The notes: generated by a model from the sequence alone, not told the origin. Shown: positions 19,166-29,829, numbered from the whole stretch's first letter. The stretch: DNA of 61,493 bases, filler included, from 6 parts of 6 records of this genome joined end to end with filler, not necessarily neighbours in it, one strand, 5' to 3'. Numbers and translations are program-made.

Positions 19166-19747
19166 ATGTTTTCAAAAAAATCTCACTACGAACTACCTAC
19201 TCCATTTAGTCATTTATGCTTTTTTATTTTAAAATTTTTAGAATTCTATTTTGTAATAACTCTTATTTTATTCTTCATTACTATGTTCATTAGAATTGAG
19301 ACTTTTGATTTAAATCTAAATGAATTAATTAAATATTTTATTTCTCAAACTGTTATTTTTTATTGGTTAGCAGAAATCTATTTGGAGCAAAAAAATAGAA
19401 AAAAAGATAAGTCTTTTTTTAATTTAATAGGCGGTTTCCTATTAGTACTTATCGGTAGTACAATAATTCATACTCAAGGAAGCCTCAAATTAGTTAATTC
19501 GTTCATTGGAAAACAGAAAAATATTGTTTGTACTGGAAAAGTAATTTTAAAAGAAAAAAAGCTTCGAACCAAAAAGCCAACTAAATACTACATTACTCTC
19601 TCAAGTTCGACTAACGAAGAACAATTGAAATTTCCAATTAGTAAGAAACAATTTGAAGTTTATAATAAAGATGAAAACATTGAAGTTAGCTACACTGTTG
19701 GAAGTTTAGGAGTTAAATATAATCCTATTTCAAAAATGAGAGAATAA
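19166..19747 (+). CDS. Hypothetical membrane protein
   Basis: SD aaggagg; three TM segments and a soluble C-terminal beta-rich domain. Confidence 0.65.
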   Translation: MFSKKSHYELPTPFSHLCFFILKFLEFYFVITLILFFITMFIRIETFDLNLNELIKYFISQTVIFYWLAEIYLEQKNRKKDKSFFNLIGGFLLVLIGSTIIHTQGSLKLVNSFIGKQKNIVCTGKVILKEKKLRTKKPTKYYITLSSSTNEEQLKFPISKKQFEVYNKDENIEVSYTVGSLGVKYNPISKMRE

Positions 19748-19829
19748 ATAAACACCTAACATAGCTAGGTTGTAAAGGCGCTGGATGAAACCGAATATAT
19801 AATATTAAGATTTATTTGGAGGTAGATTT

Positions 19830-20405
19830 ATGAATAAAGGAAAGATTATTTTCTTAAATGGCGTTTCAAGTACAGGCAAGTCAACATTGTCTAAAGTACT
19901 ACAACAGAGATTAGAAGAACCATATCATTGGCTCAATGTAGATGAATTTATTACATTTACAGATATGAGTAAAAATCCTATGTCTTATTTTGAAGAAGGC
20001 AAGGATCCAGTTTCCGTATTTCCTCATATCGTGAAGTTATACTCAGATTTAGGAATTAATGTCATTGCAGATGTAGCGTTTGTTCTAGGACCTGGTCCGA
20101 TTTTATTTAAGGCATTAGAGACTATGGATGCCTGCGTTGATATGCTACATGATTACCCTCTATATCATGTTCAAGTTACTTGTCCAGTAGAAGAGCTAAA
20201 TCGTAGACACACAGAGCGAGGTAATAGAGGGGGGAAGTTGTCTGAGGAAAAGTTGGAAGAGTTCCGTAACAGTTCATCAGATTTGATTTATGATATATCC
20301 GTCGATACATATCTCAATACAACTGAAGAGTGTGCTGATAAGATTATTTCCACTATGAGAGAATCTGAACCAATTGCATTTAAGGCAATTAATGCATCAG
20401 TATAG
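19830..20405 (+). CDS. Chloramphenicol phosphotransferase (CPT)-like P-loop kinase
   Basis: IIFLNGVSSTGKST, CPVEEL.RR..RG.R, YDISVDT...EECA. Confidence 0.8.
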   Translation: MNKGKIIFLNGVSSTGKSTLSKVLQQRLEEPYHWLNVDEFITFTDMSKNPMSYFEEGKDPVSVFPHIVKLYSDLGINVIADVAFVLGPGPILFKALETMDACVDMLHDYPLYHVQVTCPVEELNRRHTERGNRGGKLSEEKLEEFRNSSSDLIYDISVDTYLNTTEECADKIISTMRESEPIAFKAINASV

Positions 20406-20998
20406 AAGATAATTATTTGAATGAATCGGATGTGCTTTGAGTTGGCCTTAAATTGGCGATCACTAACAAATATTTTAAAAATTGCAGAACATATTCAAAA
20501 GGAAAAATATATGCAAATGCTAGAAGGTTTATATAATGCTAAACCATTTACAACTTATTAGTATTATTCAGATGCAAATAAACCCTAATATTTCCTACAA
20601 ATACAAATCATTACTTTGTATGTTCAAATTGTGGGCATCATATATCAATTGATTCAAAAGACGATATTAAAATGCATCTTCTAAAAATTAGGGGAAAGAA
20701 TCCGCTGAAATATAACAAATACTCACAATTAGATTTGGAAGGATACGAGGATGAGGAATTATTAGTATTTGGAACAGATAAAGAGCTGAGTAGAAACATA
20801 GAAATACATTGGATTGATATGAAAAGTAATGAGCAAAATAGTCAAAGATAGCTTGCTCTTCTTTTAATAAAAATATATTCATTTTGAACAAGTAAAAGAA
20901 TATTATAATCCAAGTGCTAGATGAAACGAAAATCACGCTTGATCTTTGTCGGCTAATCGTTATAAAAAATCTAGAACTAAAAGGAGCATTGATTAATT

Positions 20999-21574
20999 AT
21001 GAATAATAAAATGATCGTGGAGAGATTAAAAAACAAATTAAAGCAACTTGCAATTCTTGATGCAATAATTGAACCCGAGTGGGAATATCGTTATTATTCA
21101 TATAATTCTACTTGGTCGGATAATAGTGAAATAGCATCTTTACGGGATGGGGATAGAGGTGAATGGTTTATTTTATTTGATGAAAACAATATCTCATTTA
21201 AGTGCACTAGTCCAGTTGATGGACTTGAAGACGATTTTGATAAAATTATAAAGCTTGTCCCTAAGTCTTTTAGCTCTATGCTCAACGAGCCTGCTTTTAG
21301 TATGGATTCTGGTTCTTGCATTTGGTACTTAGAGGATAATAAATGGATTAAACTAGGAAAAGAAATAAAGCATTTACCCACACCAGATACAATTCTAAAA
21401 ATTTCTTCAAATGATTATTGTGAATATGCGGAAGAAATTTTTGAGGTAACTATAGATTCTAATTATGTAGAATCTATTTTTAATGGTAATTTTTCTACTA
21501 AATTAGCAAAAAAAATTAATCCGTCGTTGAATTTAGAAACCTTATCTGAAGATTTAATGGAAATCGGAATATAA
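20999..21574 (+). CDS. Conserved hypothetical protein
   Basis: SD aaggag; LAILDAIIEPEWEYRYYSY...W...SLRDG motif; plausible composition. Confidence 0.7.
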   Translation: MNNKMIVERLKNKLKQLAILDAIIEPEWEYRYYSYNSTWSDNSEIASLRDGDRGEWFILFDENNISFKCTSPVDGLEDDFDKIIKLVPKSFSSMLNEPAFSMDSGSCIWYLEDNKWIKLGKEIKHLPTPDTILKISSNDYCEYAEEIFEVTIDSNYVESIFNGNFSTKLAKKINPSLNLETLSEDLMEIGI

Positions 21575-21644
21575 TTTACAGTAAAAATTTTTCTATATGT
21601 TGGAATACTTAAAAAACGCGCTATTAACTTGAAGAGAGGTTCAA

Positions 21645-22121
21645 ATGGAACAAAAAGTAAAAGATTTACTTCTAGAACTTGATGATGAAGAAAACTGTGA
21701 GTTTCCTATTGAATTTGATTATGAATCTTCCTTGAAAAATGTAATTCAAATGAAAGAAGTAATTGAAAAAGAACTTTCTATGAAATTTGAATTAGATGAT
21801 CAAATTCAAGATGCTTCGTTCTTTGCGGATATAGGAATAATTAAAGAAAATCAAAAAATGAAGAAAATCAATGGAGAATCATTCCAACGAACTTATGATA
21901 TTACTATAAGATTTTCCACATTTGGAAAATTGGTTTCAATATATAGTAATACATTGAACAATGTTACGAAATACTATAATTGCAAAAAAATCATTAGACT
22001 TCTTGAAAATAATGGATATAAATATATTGACTCAAATGAGCTTGATGAAAAATACGATGGAATAAACAAGTGTATAGATAAAAATGATACTTGGTGGATA
22101 CGTTACTTTGATTATTTATAA
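21645..22121 (+). CDS. Hypothetical protein
   Basis: SD gagagg; motifs QIQDASFFAD and TWWIRYFDYL. Confidence 0.7.
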   Translation: MEQKVKDLLLELDDEENCEFPIEFDYESSLKNVIQMKEVIEKELSMKFELDDQIQDASFFADIGIIKENQKMKKINGESFQRTYDITIRFSTFGKLVSIYSNTLNNVTKYYNCKKIIRLLENNGYKYIDSNELDEKYDGINKCIDKNDTWWIRYFDYL

Positions 22122-22320
22122 TGAATTAATCTTTGCATACACTAAAATTACTACACGTAACAGCATATTTCCAACACATCAGAAAAGCAATTGAACAGCA
22201 TGCTTTTAACAGAAAGAAGGTAACAATGAAAATTTATACAGATGTTGAGGAGCAAGTTAACTATGGTCTTGAAACAATTGGTTGAACTGAAAAAATAAAA
22301 TCAATATAAGGAGATAAAGG

Positions 22321-22653
22321 ATGCGTAAATATACAGTTCTGGAAAATGTGGACCAAGAAGTTAAAAAAATTATGCTCTATTCTAGAAAAGAAGAAGTTTA
22401 TATATTCTTATATAATACTGAAGAGGATACTGGATGTTTTGCTGACCGGTATTACTCGTCAGTTGAAGATGCAATTGAGGAAATAATTGAGGAATATGGT
22501 ATCAATGAAAGTGATTGGATTGAAATTGATGATCCATTAGAGTATTGCCAACACGATATTATTCGACCAGTAAGAGTAAAAGGGAGAGCAGATGGTAATC
22601 CTCAGTGGGGAATACTCGAAGAACTACTTGATGGAAAATGGGTAGAATTGTAA
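22321..22653 (+). CDS. Hypothetical protein
   Basis: SD aaggag; acidic protein with IDDPLEYCQHD..PVRVKGR..G.PQWG. Confidence 0.7.
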   Translation: MRKYTVLENVDQEVKKIMLYSRKEEVYIFLYNTEEDTGCFADRYYSSVEDAIEEIIEEYGINESDWIEIDDPLEYCQHDIIRPVRVKGRADGNPQWGILEELLDGKWVEL

Positions 22654-22689
22654 TTTTGATCATAGTAAAATTATTCAAGGAGAAAACTT

Positions 22690-23451
22690 ATGAAAACTAA
22701 ACCTCATTGTAAACCTGATAAAAATATTTGTCCAAAAGAATTTTGCTTTAACTGGGCAAACGAAGGAGAATATGTTACGAAAGGAAAATCAAATAATTTA
22801 AATGAGGCTTTAGAAAAAACTGTCGCTCTAAATAAAGGTGGATGTATTTTTTCTTTAGGAAAGTGTAAACGAATTTATAAAAATAGCATTGATGATTTTT
22901 ATGAACCTAACGAGCCACTTCTTAAAAATAAAGGATTGCCTGAGTATTATTTTATTGATGATATCAATAATTACAATTTTGATAAAAAAGAATATTCTTT
23001 ACATTTTGCTGAATTAAATGATTTAGATCCGTGGATAGAAATGATTGAAGGCGTTAAGAGTAATTTCCCTGGACTAGAAACTAATGAGCAAATGATAAGT
23101 TATAAAGAAACAGTAATAAAAAATATTAAAAGAAAAACAGCTCTTTGCGTTAAATACCAAGCTGAAATTGTAGGAGTTTTGATCTTTTCTTATAATTTAT
23201 GTAGTCTCAATTGTATGGCCGTACATCCTGAACATAGACGAAAAGGAATTGCTTCATTATTAATTACAAAACTATTGGAATTACTACCAGAGGATAAAGA
23301 TGTGACAGTTACCACTTTCAGAGATAATGATATTTTAGGAAATGCTCCGCGTCCATTGTATAAAAAATTTGGATTTATAGAAGATGAGTTAACAACGGAG
23401 TTTGATTATCCACATCAAAAATTTGTACTGAATAGAAGTAAAAAGAGTTAA
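22690..23451 (+). CDS. GNAT acetyltransferase with a Cys-rich N-terminal extension
   Basis: Acetyl-CoA motif AVHPEHRRKGIAS; RPLYKKFGF. Confidence 0.8.
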   Translation: MKTKPHCKPDKNICPKEFCFNWANEGEYVTKGKSNNLNEALEKTVALNKGGCIFSLGKCKRIYKNSIDDFYEPNEPLLKNKGLPEYYFIDDINNYNFDKKEYSLHFAELNDLDPWIEMIEGVKSNFPGLETNEQMISYKETVIKNIKRKTALCVKYQAEIVGVLIFSYNLCSLNCMAVHPEHRRKGIASLLITKLLELLPEDKDVTVTTFRDNDILGNAPRPLYKKFGFIEDELTTEFDYPHQKFVLNRSKKS

Positions 23452-23471
23452 TTGAAAAAAATATTTTAGAG

Positions 23472-23975
23472 GTGAATATGATTATTAAGAAAATGAAATT
23501 TCTACTAAATTGGAAAAAAATTATAAATTTCAAATATATTTCATATGGTTATAGTGAATTATATTTTCCACCACTATATGAAATATTTCTAATTGAAACA
23601 TTATTTAATATCAAGAATATATTTACTATTTTAACAGGAAATACAAGCTTTTTATGGAGAAAAAACTGGATTTTAATCGGATTAAATGAATTGGGTGATT
23701 ATATCTATGTTGATCTAAAAAACAAACATGGAAATGTATATTGTTTAACCCACGATGCTTTAGAATTTAGATCAGAAGAAATTTCAGTTTCCATAGATAA
23801 ATTTATTAAAATTATAGAAATCTTAAAAGAATATTCAAAAGATAAAGATAATCCAGTTCAATTGGAAAAAAATAAAAATTTAGACAAACGACCATTTGAA
23901 ATTCTTAAAGAAATTGAAGAAATTAATAATGGCTTGAATTTCTATTTCTGGGAATTATTTTTGAAAATGGATTAA
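23472..23975 (+). CDS. SMI1/KNR4-like (immunity-type) protein
   Basis: WILIG..ELGDYIYVDL..GNVYCLTHD pattern. Confidence 0.55.
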   Translation: MNMIIKKMKFLLNWKKIINFKYISYGYSELYFPPLYEIFLIETLFNIKNIFTILTGNTSFLWRKNWILIGLNELGDYIYVDLKNKHGNVYCLTHDALEFRSEEISVSIDKFIKIIEILKEYSKDKDNPVQLEKNKNLDKRPFEILKEIEEINNGLNFYFWELFLKMD

Positions 23976-23999
23976 ACTACAATTCACAAGGAGAGTACT

Positions 24000-24839
24000 T
24001 TGACAAATAAGTTATCTACAAGCAAAGTCATTTTAACTGTTATACTCAGCATTTTCATACTAGCATTTGCTCAAATAATAGGTGGTTTGGCACACTTATT
24101 ACCTATATCGAGAGGTATCACTATAATGATATCTGCTCTACTTTCTATTACAATAACCTATTTTCTGGCAAAACAATGCTGTACCAAGCTACTACAGATT
24201 TCTAATGAAAAATGCTACATTACTAAACCAAAACTATCTATCCGTTGGGTAATCATCGGACTTGCATTACCAATTTTGGTAATGGCAATACTACTCAATA
24301 CTCCCGGTGAACTCATAAAAAACAGCATGAAACCTAATGTGTATTTTATAATAATTTCTAGTGCAATATTTAATGCCGGATTAGCACCGGGAATAATTGA
24401 AGAGATAATTTTTCGTGGACTTATTATGAAAACATTTGAGATAAGGTGGGGAAAGAAAATAGCAATAATCATCCCATCAGTTTTGTTTAGTGTGTTACAC
24501 ATTATAGGATTGAACGTAAATTTTATAGATATTATCCTGTTGTTAGTTGCAGGTACAAGTGTAGGAGTAATGTTTTCATTAATAGTATACGAGAGTGGTT
24601 CAATTTGGTCCAGCGCATTTGTACATGCTGTTTGGAATACTTTTATGATCGGTAATATATTAAAGGTTAACTCTTCTCACAGTGTAAAATCGATGTATTC
24701 GTATAAATTATATTCAACTACACCATTAATTACAGGTGGAGAGTTTGGCGTTGAATCATCAATTATTGGAATTTTAGGATATTTTATAATAATTGCAATA
24801 GCATTAATTCTAATGAAGAAAAAAGATCACAGAGTTTAA
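24000..24839 (+). CDS. CPBP-family intramembrane glutamic endopeptidase (CAAX protease)
   Basis: EEIIFRG, FSVLH, HAVWN and TGGEFGVE. Confidence 0.88.
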   Translation: MTNKLSTSKVILTVILSIFILAFAQIIGGLAHLLPISRGITIMISALLSITITYFLAKQCCTKLLQISNEKCYITKPKLSIRWVIIGLALPILVMAILLNTPGELIKNSMKPNVYFIIISSAIFNAGLAPGIIEEIIFRGLIMKTFEIRWGKKIAIIIPSVLFSVLHIIGLNVNFIDIILLLVAGTSVGVMFSLIVYESGSIWSSAFVHAVWNTFMIGNILKVNSSHSVKSMYSYKLYSTTPLITGGEFGVESSIIGILGYFIIIAIALILMKKKDHRV

Positions 24840-24858
24840 ATTCTAAAAATATCTAGTT

Positions 24859-25190
24859 AGAACAAATTTAATTGAAAGTTATGACAGAATTATTGATTTT
24901 ACACAAAAACATCTTCCTGATCCCTTTTATTTAGAGAAATTGCAGGAAATATACTAATACATAGAGAATATGCAAATACTTTTCCTGCAAAACTGGTTAT
25001 TGAAAAATATAAGGTTTATTCAGAAAACAGCAATAAACCTCAACTAATTGAGGAAGATATTTTCAAACTAATTATTCCTCTGACAGATACTGCCATGCAG
25101 GCTACCATGCAAGCTACCATGCAAGCTACCGTGCAAGTTGAAAAAACAAGAAAAAATAAAAGAATTGAAAATCTAATAAAACAAATCACT
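24859..25190 (+). pseudogene. Remnant of an AlbA_2/HATPase_c_4 ('RecG-like') regulator
   Basis: Fragments RTNLIESYDRIIDFTQKHLPDPFYL / REIAGNILIHREYANTFPAKLVIE..ENSNKP / QLIEEDIFKLIIP; no start codon and a frame break. Confidence 0.65.
25090..25137 (+). repeat. 4 x 12-bp tandem repeat (ctaccatgcaag; encodes TMQA)
   Basis: ctgccatgcagg ctaccatgcaag ctaccatgcaag ctaccgtgcaag. Confidence 0.9.
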
Positions 25191-25308
25191 TTAATAAATT
25201 TATACAACAACAAAAGGCCAGATAGGAAAAATATTCCGTTCTGGCCTGAATCAATTTAATTCTGAAAAGCAAAAAAGTATTACTTAAAATTTATCTAAAA
25301 CTCCCAAA

Positions 25309-25794
25309 TTACAACATTTCTATACGACTAATCGCTTCAAGCATACAACGCCCATTATGATAAGGAGCTTTCCAATTAGAAACTTTATTATCAACTACTG
25401 TGTCTAGCGTAGAGTATCTATGCCAATCACCATTTTCATAATCAATTTGATAAGTTTTAATAAAGTTCCATATTTTATTAAAATGCTCAATATATTTAGG
25501 ATTTTCTGTAAGTGCATAAGCATTTAAAAATGAGATTACTCCTTCTGCCTGCATCCACCATTGTCGTTCTTTTTGTATCTCGTGAGTATTAAAGTTATAA
25601 GTGTCAAAAATCTCACCATATTCCCCTAATCCTTTTTCGATGCAACTATCTACAAGCTCTATAACAATCGATTGATAGTGCTTTTCTAATTCAGGCTCTT
25701 CCAAAATTTTAATAGCTTTCCAAAGCAGCCAACTGCATTCAACGTTATGCCCCAAAAGCATTATTTCAGATAAATCTTTCCAATCTTTACTCAT
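25309..25794 (-). pseudogene. C-terminal fragment of an AGE-family epimerase (cellobiose 2-epimerase-like)
   Basis: GHNVECSWLL, WWMQAEG, GDW and WKAPYHNGR; the N-terminal half is absent. Confidence 0.75.
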
Positions 25795-25954
25795 ATGGTG
25801 TCTTAGATCTCCTCTCGTTGATCTTAATCAATTATCATGTAATAGGAAATATTATAAAATCACCTAAATTAATCGATTTTTAGTCTTTCTTAAACTAAAT
25901 TTATCTCCTTTCTCAAGTAAAACAATGAATTATAAATTATTTCAATTGTAATAG

Positions 25955-26000
25955 TTTACACGCATTTAACTATTAGCTATACTATAATTGACGCGTCAAT
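25955..26000 (+). promoter_or_regulatory. Promoter with a palindromic operator
   Basis: TTTACA-17-TATACT followed by the perfect palindrome attgacgcgtcaat (25987-26000). Confidence 0.55.
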
Positions 26001-26063
26001 AAGATAACAAGATTTGGAAAACTATTATTATAAGTAATCACATATAGAAAGTAGGAAGAAACA

Positions 26064-26963
26064 ATGCAGAAAAATAAAGAGATCTACTCTAATTTTAAAA
26101 GTGAGTGGATAAAATATGACGATTATATAATCGCTAAAGATAAAAATCATGAGCTGTATATCAAGGCAAAAGATAATTCGAGCTATAAATTGTATAACCC
26201 TTTTGATGAATTTGAAAATATAGTAACTGATATCATAAATATTGGATTAACTATTCGAATGAATAAGAAATTGAAAAATGATGACAAAAACGAGTTACTC
26301 CTAGATTTTACAAGAAAATATGGACTCCTTGGTTTAGCCGGTTCAAGTGTAATAAATAGAGATATTATAGATGAAGAAAGTGTTTTATTCAATAAGACTA
26401 ACCTACTAAATCTCAACGGAATTATGGCGGTGAATAAATATATCAAAATGTTTATTCCATTTGCAAAAGAAGATGAAGTTACTATCAAAAAGTATAAAAA
26501 TGATGTCAGTTTATTTAAAGCTGAGGATTCTCCTAAATTTTATGGTAAAAAACCATTAATTTTTGATTTAATATTTTCAAAATTCTACTGTGAAAAAATA
26601 GAGTGGATTGAAAGCTTTGCTCTACTTCTTTCTCAAAATTATAGCGAGCTAAGTTCGTATAAAAAAAGCTCTAAATTCCTAACCGAGGAAGTAACTATCA
26701 TGCCCACTAGGTTTAATCCTGGCAAAATTAGTTGGAGTTTAACTCAAGGAAAAACTACAAACATGCAATGGGAGTTTGATTCTCTAAAAACGTCCATTGA
26801 AACTATCTATGGATTTCTCGTTACTAATGAAAAAAATATCCTAAAAACATGTAATCATTGTGGATTGCTTTTTTACTCACAAAACAAAAGGAAACTATAC
26901 TGCGATGAGTCATGTAGAAATAGAGCAAATGTTTATAAAAGCAGGCGAAGAAACGCTAAATAG
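26064..26963 (+). CDS. CGNR-type zinc-finger domain protein (putative transcription factor)
   Basis: C-terminal CNHC...F...KLYCDESCRNRANVYKSR; F..KYGLLG motif. Confidence 0.75.
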   Translation: MQKNKEIYSNFKSEWIKYDDYIIAKDKNHELYIKAKDNSSYKLYNPFDEFENIVTDIINIGLTIRMNKKLKNDDKNELLLDFTRKYGLLGLAGSSVINRDIIDEESVLFNKTNLLNLNGIMAVNKYIKMFIPFAKEDEVTIKKYKNDVSLFKAEDSPKFYGKKPLIFDLIFSKFYCEKIEWIESFALLLSQNYSELSSYKKSSKFLTEEVTIMPTRFNPGKISWSLTQGKTTNMQWEFDSLKTSIETIYGFLVTNEKNILKTCNHCGLLFYSQNKRKLYCDESCRNRANVYKSRRRNAK

Positions 26964-27096
26964 TACTGATTTATAGAATATATCGTATCCTATACTTTTA
27001 AATTATTCTATTATGGATAAAATGTAACATTTTCAGTGTATATTTATATTGATTTTTCCGGAGAGTAAATGATATAATATTAATAATAAAAATTGC

Positions 27097-27354
27097 GATA
27101 AAAATTTTAAATACTCTAGGCCTGAAAATTATTTTGTTCGACGAAATAATTGACATGTATTTAATAAACCTAACATAAGGAGAGTAAATATTTCAGAAGA
27201 AATTATCAATGATTCTTTTATTATAGAAGCTAGTCAATGGAATGGAAATGCACTAATTAGCTATCAACTGGCCAAAACAGATGTTATATTTAGTTTTGAT
27301 ATTATAGAAGAGAGTGGTAAAATTATTATTAATGAATTATCTATCAGTAAGTAA
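27097..27354 (+). pseudogene. Degenerate ORF fragment
   Basis: About 85 protein-like codons with one internal TGA at 27151 and no clear start. Confidence 0.3.
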
Positions 27355-27394
27355 ATTAATTTCAACACATAATATCAAACTCAGGAGGAAAATA

Positions 27395-28126
27395 ATGTTT
27401 ATCTCAGATTATTTGGATGATAGTGAAATACTCAAAATTGTTGGTGAATATGGCGTAAAGGTTGAAACCATCGCTTTTATAGATTGGAATCGAACTAAAA
27501 GTGATGAGGAAATAATCGAGCATCTAAAAGATATTTATGAAACAACAGATTGCATACATGGTCCATTTATGGAGCTTGATTTTATGACTGATGATGAAGA
27601 GATTCGTAAGAAAACATATGATGAATTCTCCAAATATCATGATTTGTGCCTCGCACTGAACTGCAAAGGAATTGTAATGCACAGCTCTTATACAAAAAAA
27701 GATGACAACTATGAAGCAGGACTTCAAAGAGCAATCACGTTTTGGAAAGAGTTCTTAGTGGAACATACTAGTGTTAAATATTATGCTGAAAATTTTGCAG
27801 ACAGTACTCCTGATTTTTTAATTGATCTTCATGACGGTGTTAATATGGAGTCCTTAAAACTGTGTATAGATGTAGGTCATGCTCATATAAGCTCGGATAT
27901 TGCCATCTCTGAGTGGATAACTAAAATGGGAATGAGAATCGGACACGCTCATATACATAATAATAATGGAACTGATGATGAGCATAAGGATTTAGCCAAT
28001 GGAACTATCGATATGAAGAAGGTGCTAGACCACTTAGCTGAGGTATTACCTAGAGAAGAGTGGTGCATAGAAACCGGAGAATTAAGAGCTTCATTAGATT
28101 GGCTGAGAGATAATGGATATCTTTAA
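27395..28126 (+). CDS. Sugar phosphate isomerase/epimerase (AP endonuclease 2 TIM barrel)
   Basis: SD aggagg; IHGPF, VMHS, AEN, CIDVGHAH, HIHNNNG..DEH and IE. Confidence 0.85.
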   Translation: MFISDYLDDSEILKIVGEYGVKVETIAFIDWNRTKSDEEIIEHLKDIYETTDCIHGPFMELDFMTDDEEIRKKTYDEFSKYHDLCLALNCKGIVMHSSYTKKDDNYEAGLQRAITFWKEFLVEHTSVKYYAENFADSTPDFLIDLHDGVNMESLKLCIDVGHAHISSDIAISEWITKMGMRIGHAHIHNNNGTDDEHKDLANGTIDMKKVLDHLAEVLPREEWCIETGELRASLDWLRDNGYL

Positions 28127-28148
28127 GCGTTAAGCAAAGGAGATTGAA

Positions 28149-28499
28149 ATGTTTGGATTTGGAAGAAAAAAGAATAATAGATCAGAACAAATAAAAACTT
28201 CTATCACCAATTATTCTGTATTCGTTACTGATGAATTTACAAAAGAAGATGCAGAGTTCATGAGGCCTATATTCACTATAATTCATAATGAGAATAAATA
28301 TAAAGAGAGCATTGTTCTTTGTTATGCGCTTGATGAAGATGGGGAATTAGATTTAGATGACGCGAAAGAATTAATAATTTCTAATATTGATAAATTATTA
28401 AAAAGTAATGTAGGGATGGAATTCACTGTACATTATGAAGCTTTAAAAGAAGATGAAAAAGCAGTTATTAAATCATTTGAAGAGTTTTTGAGGGATTAA
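28149..28499 (+). CDS. Hypothetical protein
   Basis: SD aaggag; co-oriented with and closely spaced to the upstream gene. Confidence 0.65.
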   Translation: MFGFGRKKNNRSEQIKTSITNYSVFVTDEFTKEDAEFMRPIFTIIHNENKYKESIVLCYALDEDGELDLDDAKELIISNIDKLLKSNVGMEFTVHYEALKEDEKAVIKSFEEFLRD

Positions 28500-28508
28500 A
28501 TTTTAATA

Positions 28509-28548
28509 AAAAAAGTCTGATCACACTTGTTGTTATCAGACTTTTATT
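28509..28548. terminator. Bidirectional terminator
   Basis: aaaagtctgat...atcagactttt between convergent genes. Confidence 0.7.
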
Positions 28549-28554
28549 TATTTG

Positions 28555-29682
28555 CTATTCAGAAAGCATAAGTTTCAACAACCTTCCTCCACTTTGATCT
28601 TCCAGCAGCCATATTGCACCGTCCAGTCCCTCTTCAACTTCTCGAATCCTTTTTCCCATATCAAATCGCTCTTTCTCATATGCTCTCTTACCATCTATTG
28701 CTACACGTACAATAGATCTTGATCTAAGTCCGCCTATCAGAGCATCTCCTCTCCAATCCATAAACATATCTCCCTTATAAATAACAAGCCCTGACGGAGC
28801 TATTGTAGGCACCCAATAAACTTCAGGACTATGAAATTCAGGTCTTGTATCATGATCAGGTATTTTTATTCCTGAATACTGATCTCCCCAAGATACTATT
28901 GGCCAGCCGTAGTTATCACCTTTGATGATCAAGTTCAGTTCATCTCCATGCTTTGGTCCCATCTCCTGAGCCCATAAATTTCCATTTTGATCAAAAGCCA
29001 TTCCAAGTATATTTCTATGCCCCGTTGACCAAAAACTTTTGGCTATTTCACCTTTATCTTGAAATGGATTATCATTTGGAATACTACCATCAGCATATAA
29101 CCTGATTATTTTCCCGAGATTTCCACTCCTGTTTTGAGCTGGTTTCTGTTTTTGTCTCTCTCCCGATGAGATGAATAGATAACCTTCTGAATCAAAAGCC
29201 ATTCTATGAGAGTAATGTCCACTCCCTGTTACTTTTGGATATTGCTTCCAGATTTTTTCTATATTGATCAGACTCGCAATATTTGCTTTTATTGATAATT
29301 TAGCTCTTACAACAACTGCTCCTTTTTTCCCAAAGGAGCCAGCTTCAGCATATGATAAATAAACTAAGCTATTATTTTCATATTCAGGATGCAATATTAT
29401 GTCGCCTAAACCTCCCTGACCTCCATATGCAACTTTTGGTACTCCTTTCACAAGAGTTCTAGACCTCTTCTCAGTATCAAAAATTATCAGATTTCCCTTT
29501 TTTTCAGTAATTAATAATTTACCATCAGGAAGAAATGTCATTGCCCAAGGTTCATTGAATTCACCATAACTTTCAACTGATAGTTTCGTTCCAGCATCTC
29601 CATAAACTATATTACTATATAAAACGCCATGCAAAAACAACAGCAAAATAAACATACAATATTTATATTTTAACAAACTCAT
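28555..29682 (-). CDS. PQQ-dependent sugar dehydrogenase (YliI/Asd family)
   Basis: [39 protein letters not shown] and IAPSG. Confidence 0.9.
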   Translation of the reverse strand: MSLLKYKYCMFILLLFLHGVLYSNIVYGDAGTKLSVESYGEFNEPWAMTFLPDGKLLITEKKGNLIIFDTEKRSRTLVKGVPKVAYGGQGGLGDIILHPEYENNSLVYLSYAEAGSFGKKGAVVVRAKLSIKANIASLINIEKIWKQYPKVTGSGHYSHRMAFDSEGYLFISSGERQKQKPAQNRSGNLGKIIRLYADGSIPNDNPFQDKGEIAKSFWSTGHRNILGMAFDQNGNLWAQEMGPKHGDELNLIIKGDNYGWPIVSWGDQYSGIKIPDHDTRPEFHSPEVYWVPTIAPSGLVIYKGDMFMDWRGDALIGGLRSRSIVRVAIDGKRAYEKERFDMGKRIREVEEGLDGAIWLLEDQSGGRLLKLMLSE

Positions 29683-29729
29683 GACTACCTCCAATCAAAA
29701 TTTAATCAACAACCCACGCCGCAAGCGGA

Positions 29730-29829
29730 NNNNNNNNNNNNNNNNNNNNNNNNNNNNNNNNNNNNNNNNNNNNTTAATTAATTAANNNNNNNNNNNNNNN
29801 NNNNNNNNNNNNNNNNNNNNNNNNNNNNN
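29730..29829. other. Artificial contig spacer
   Basis: N-run with TTAATTAATTAA. Confidence 0.98.

Noticed and set aside
27151-27153. In-frame TGA in a protein-like fragment, considered as recoding
   Set aside because: A single instance in a region full of decayed genes; a nonsense mutation is simpler.
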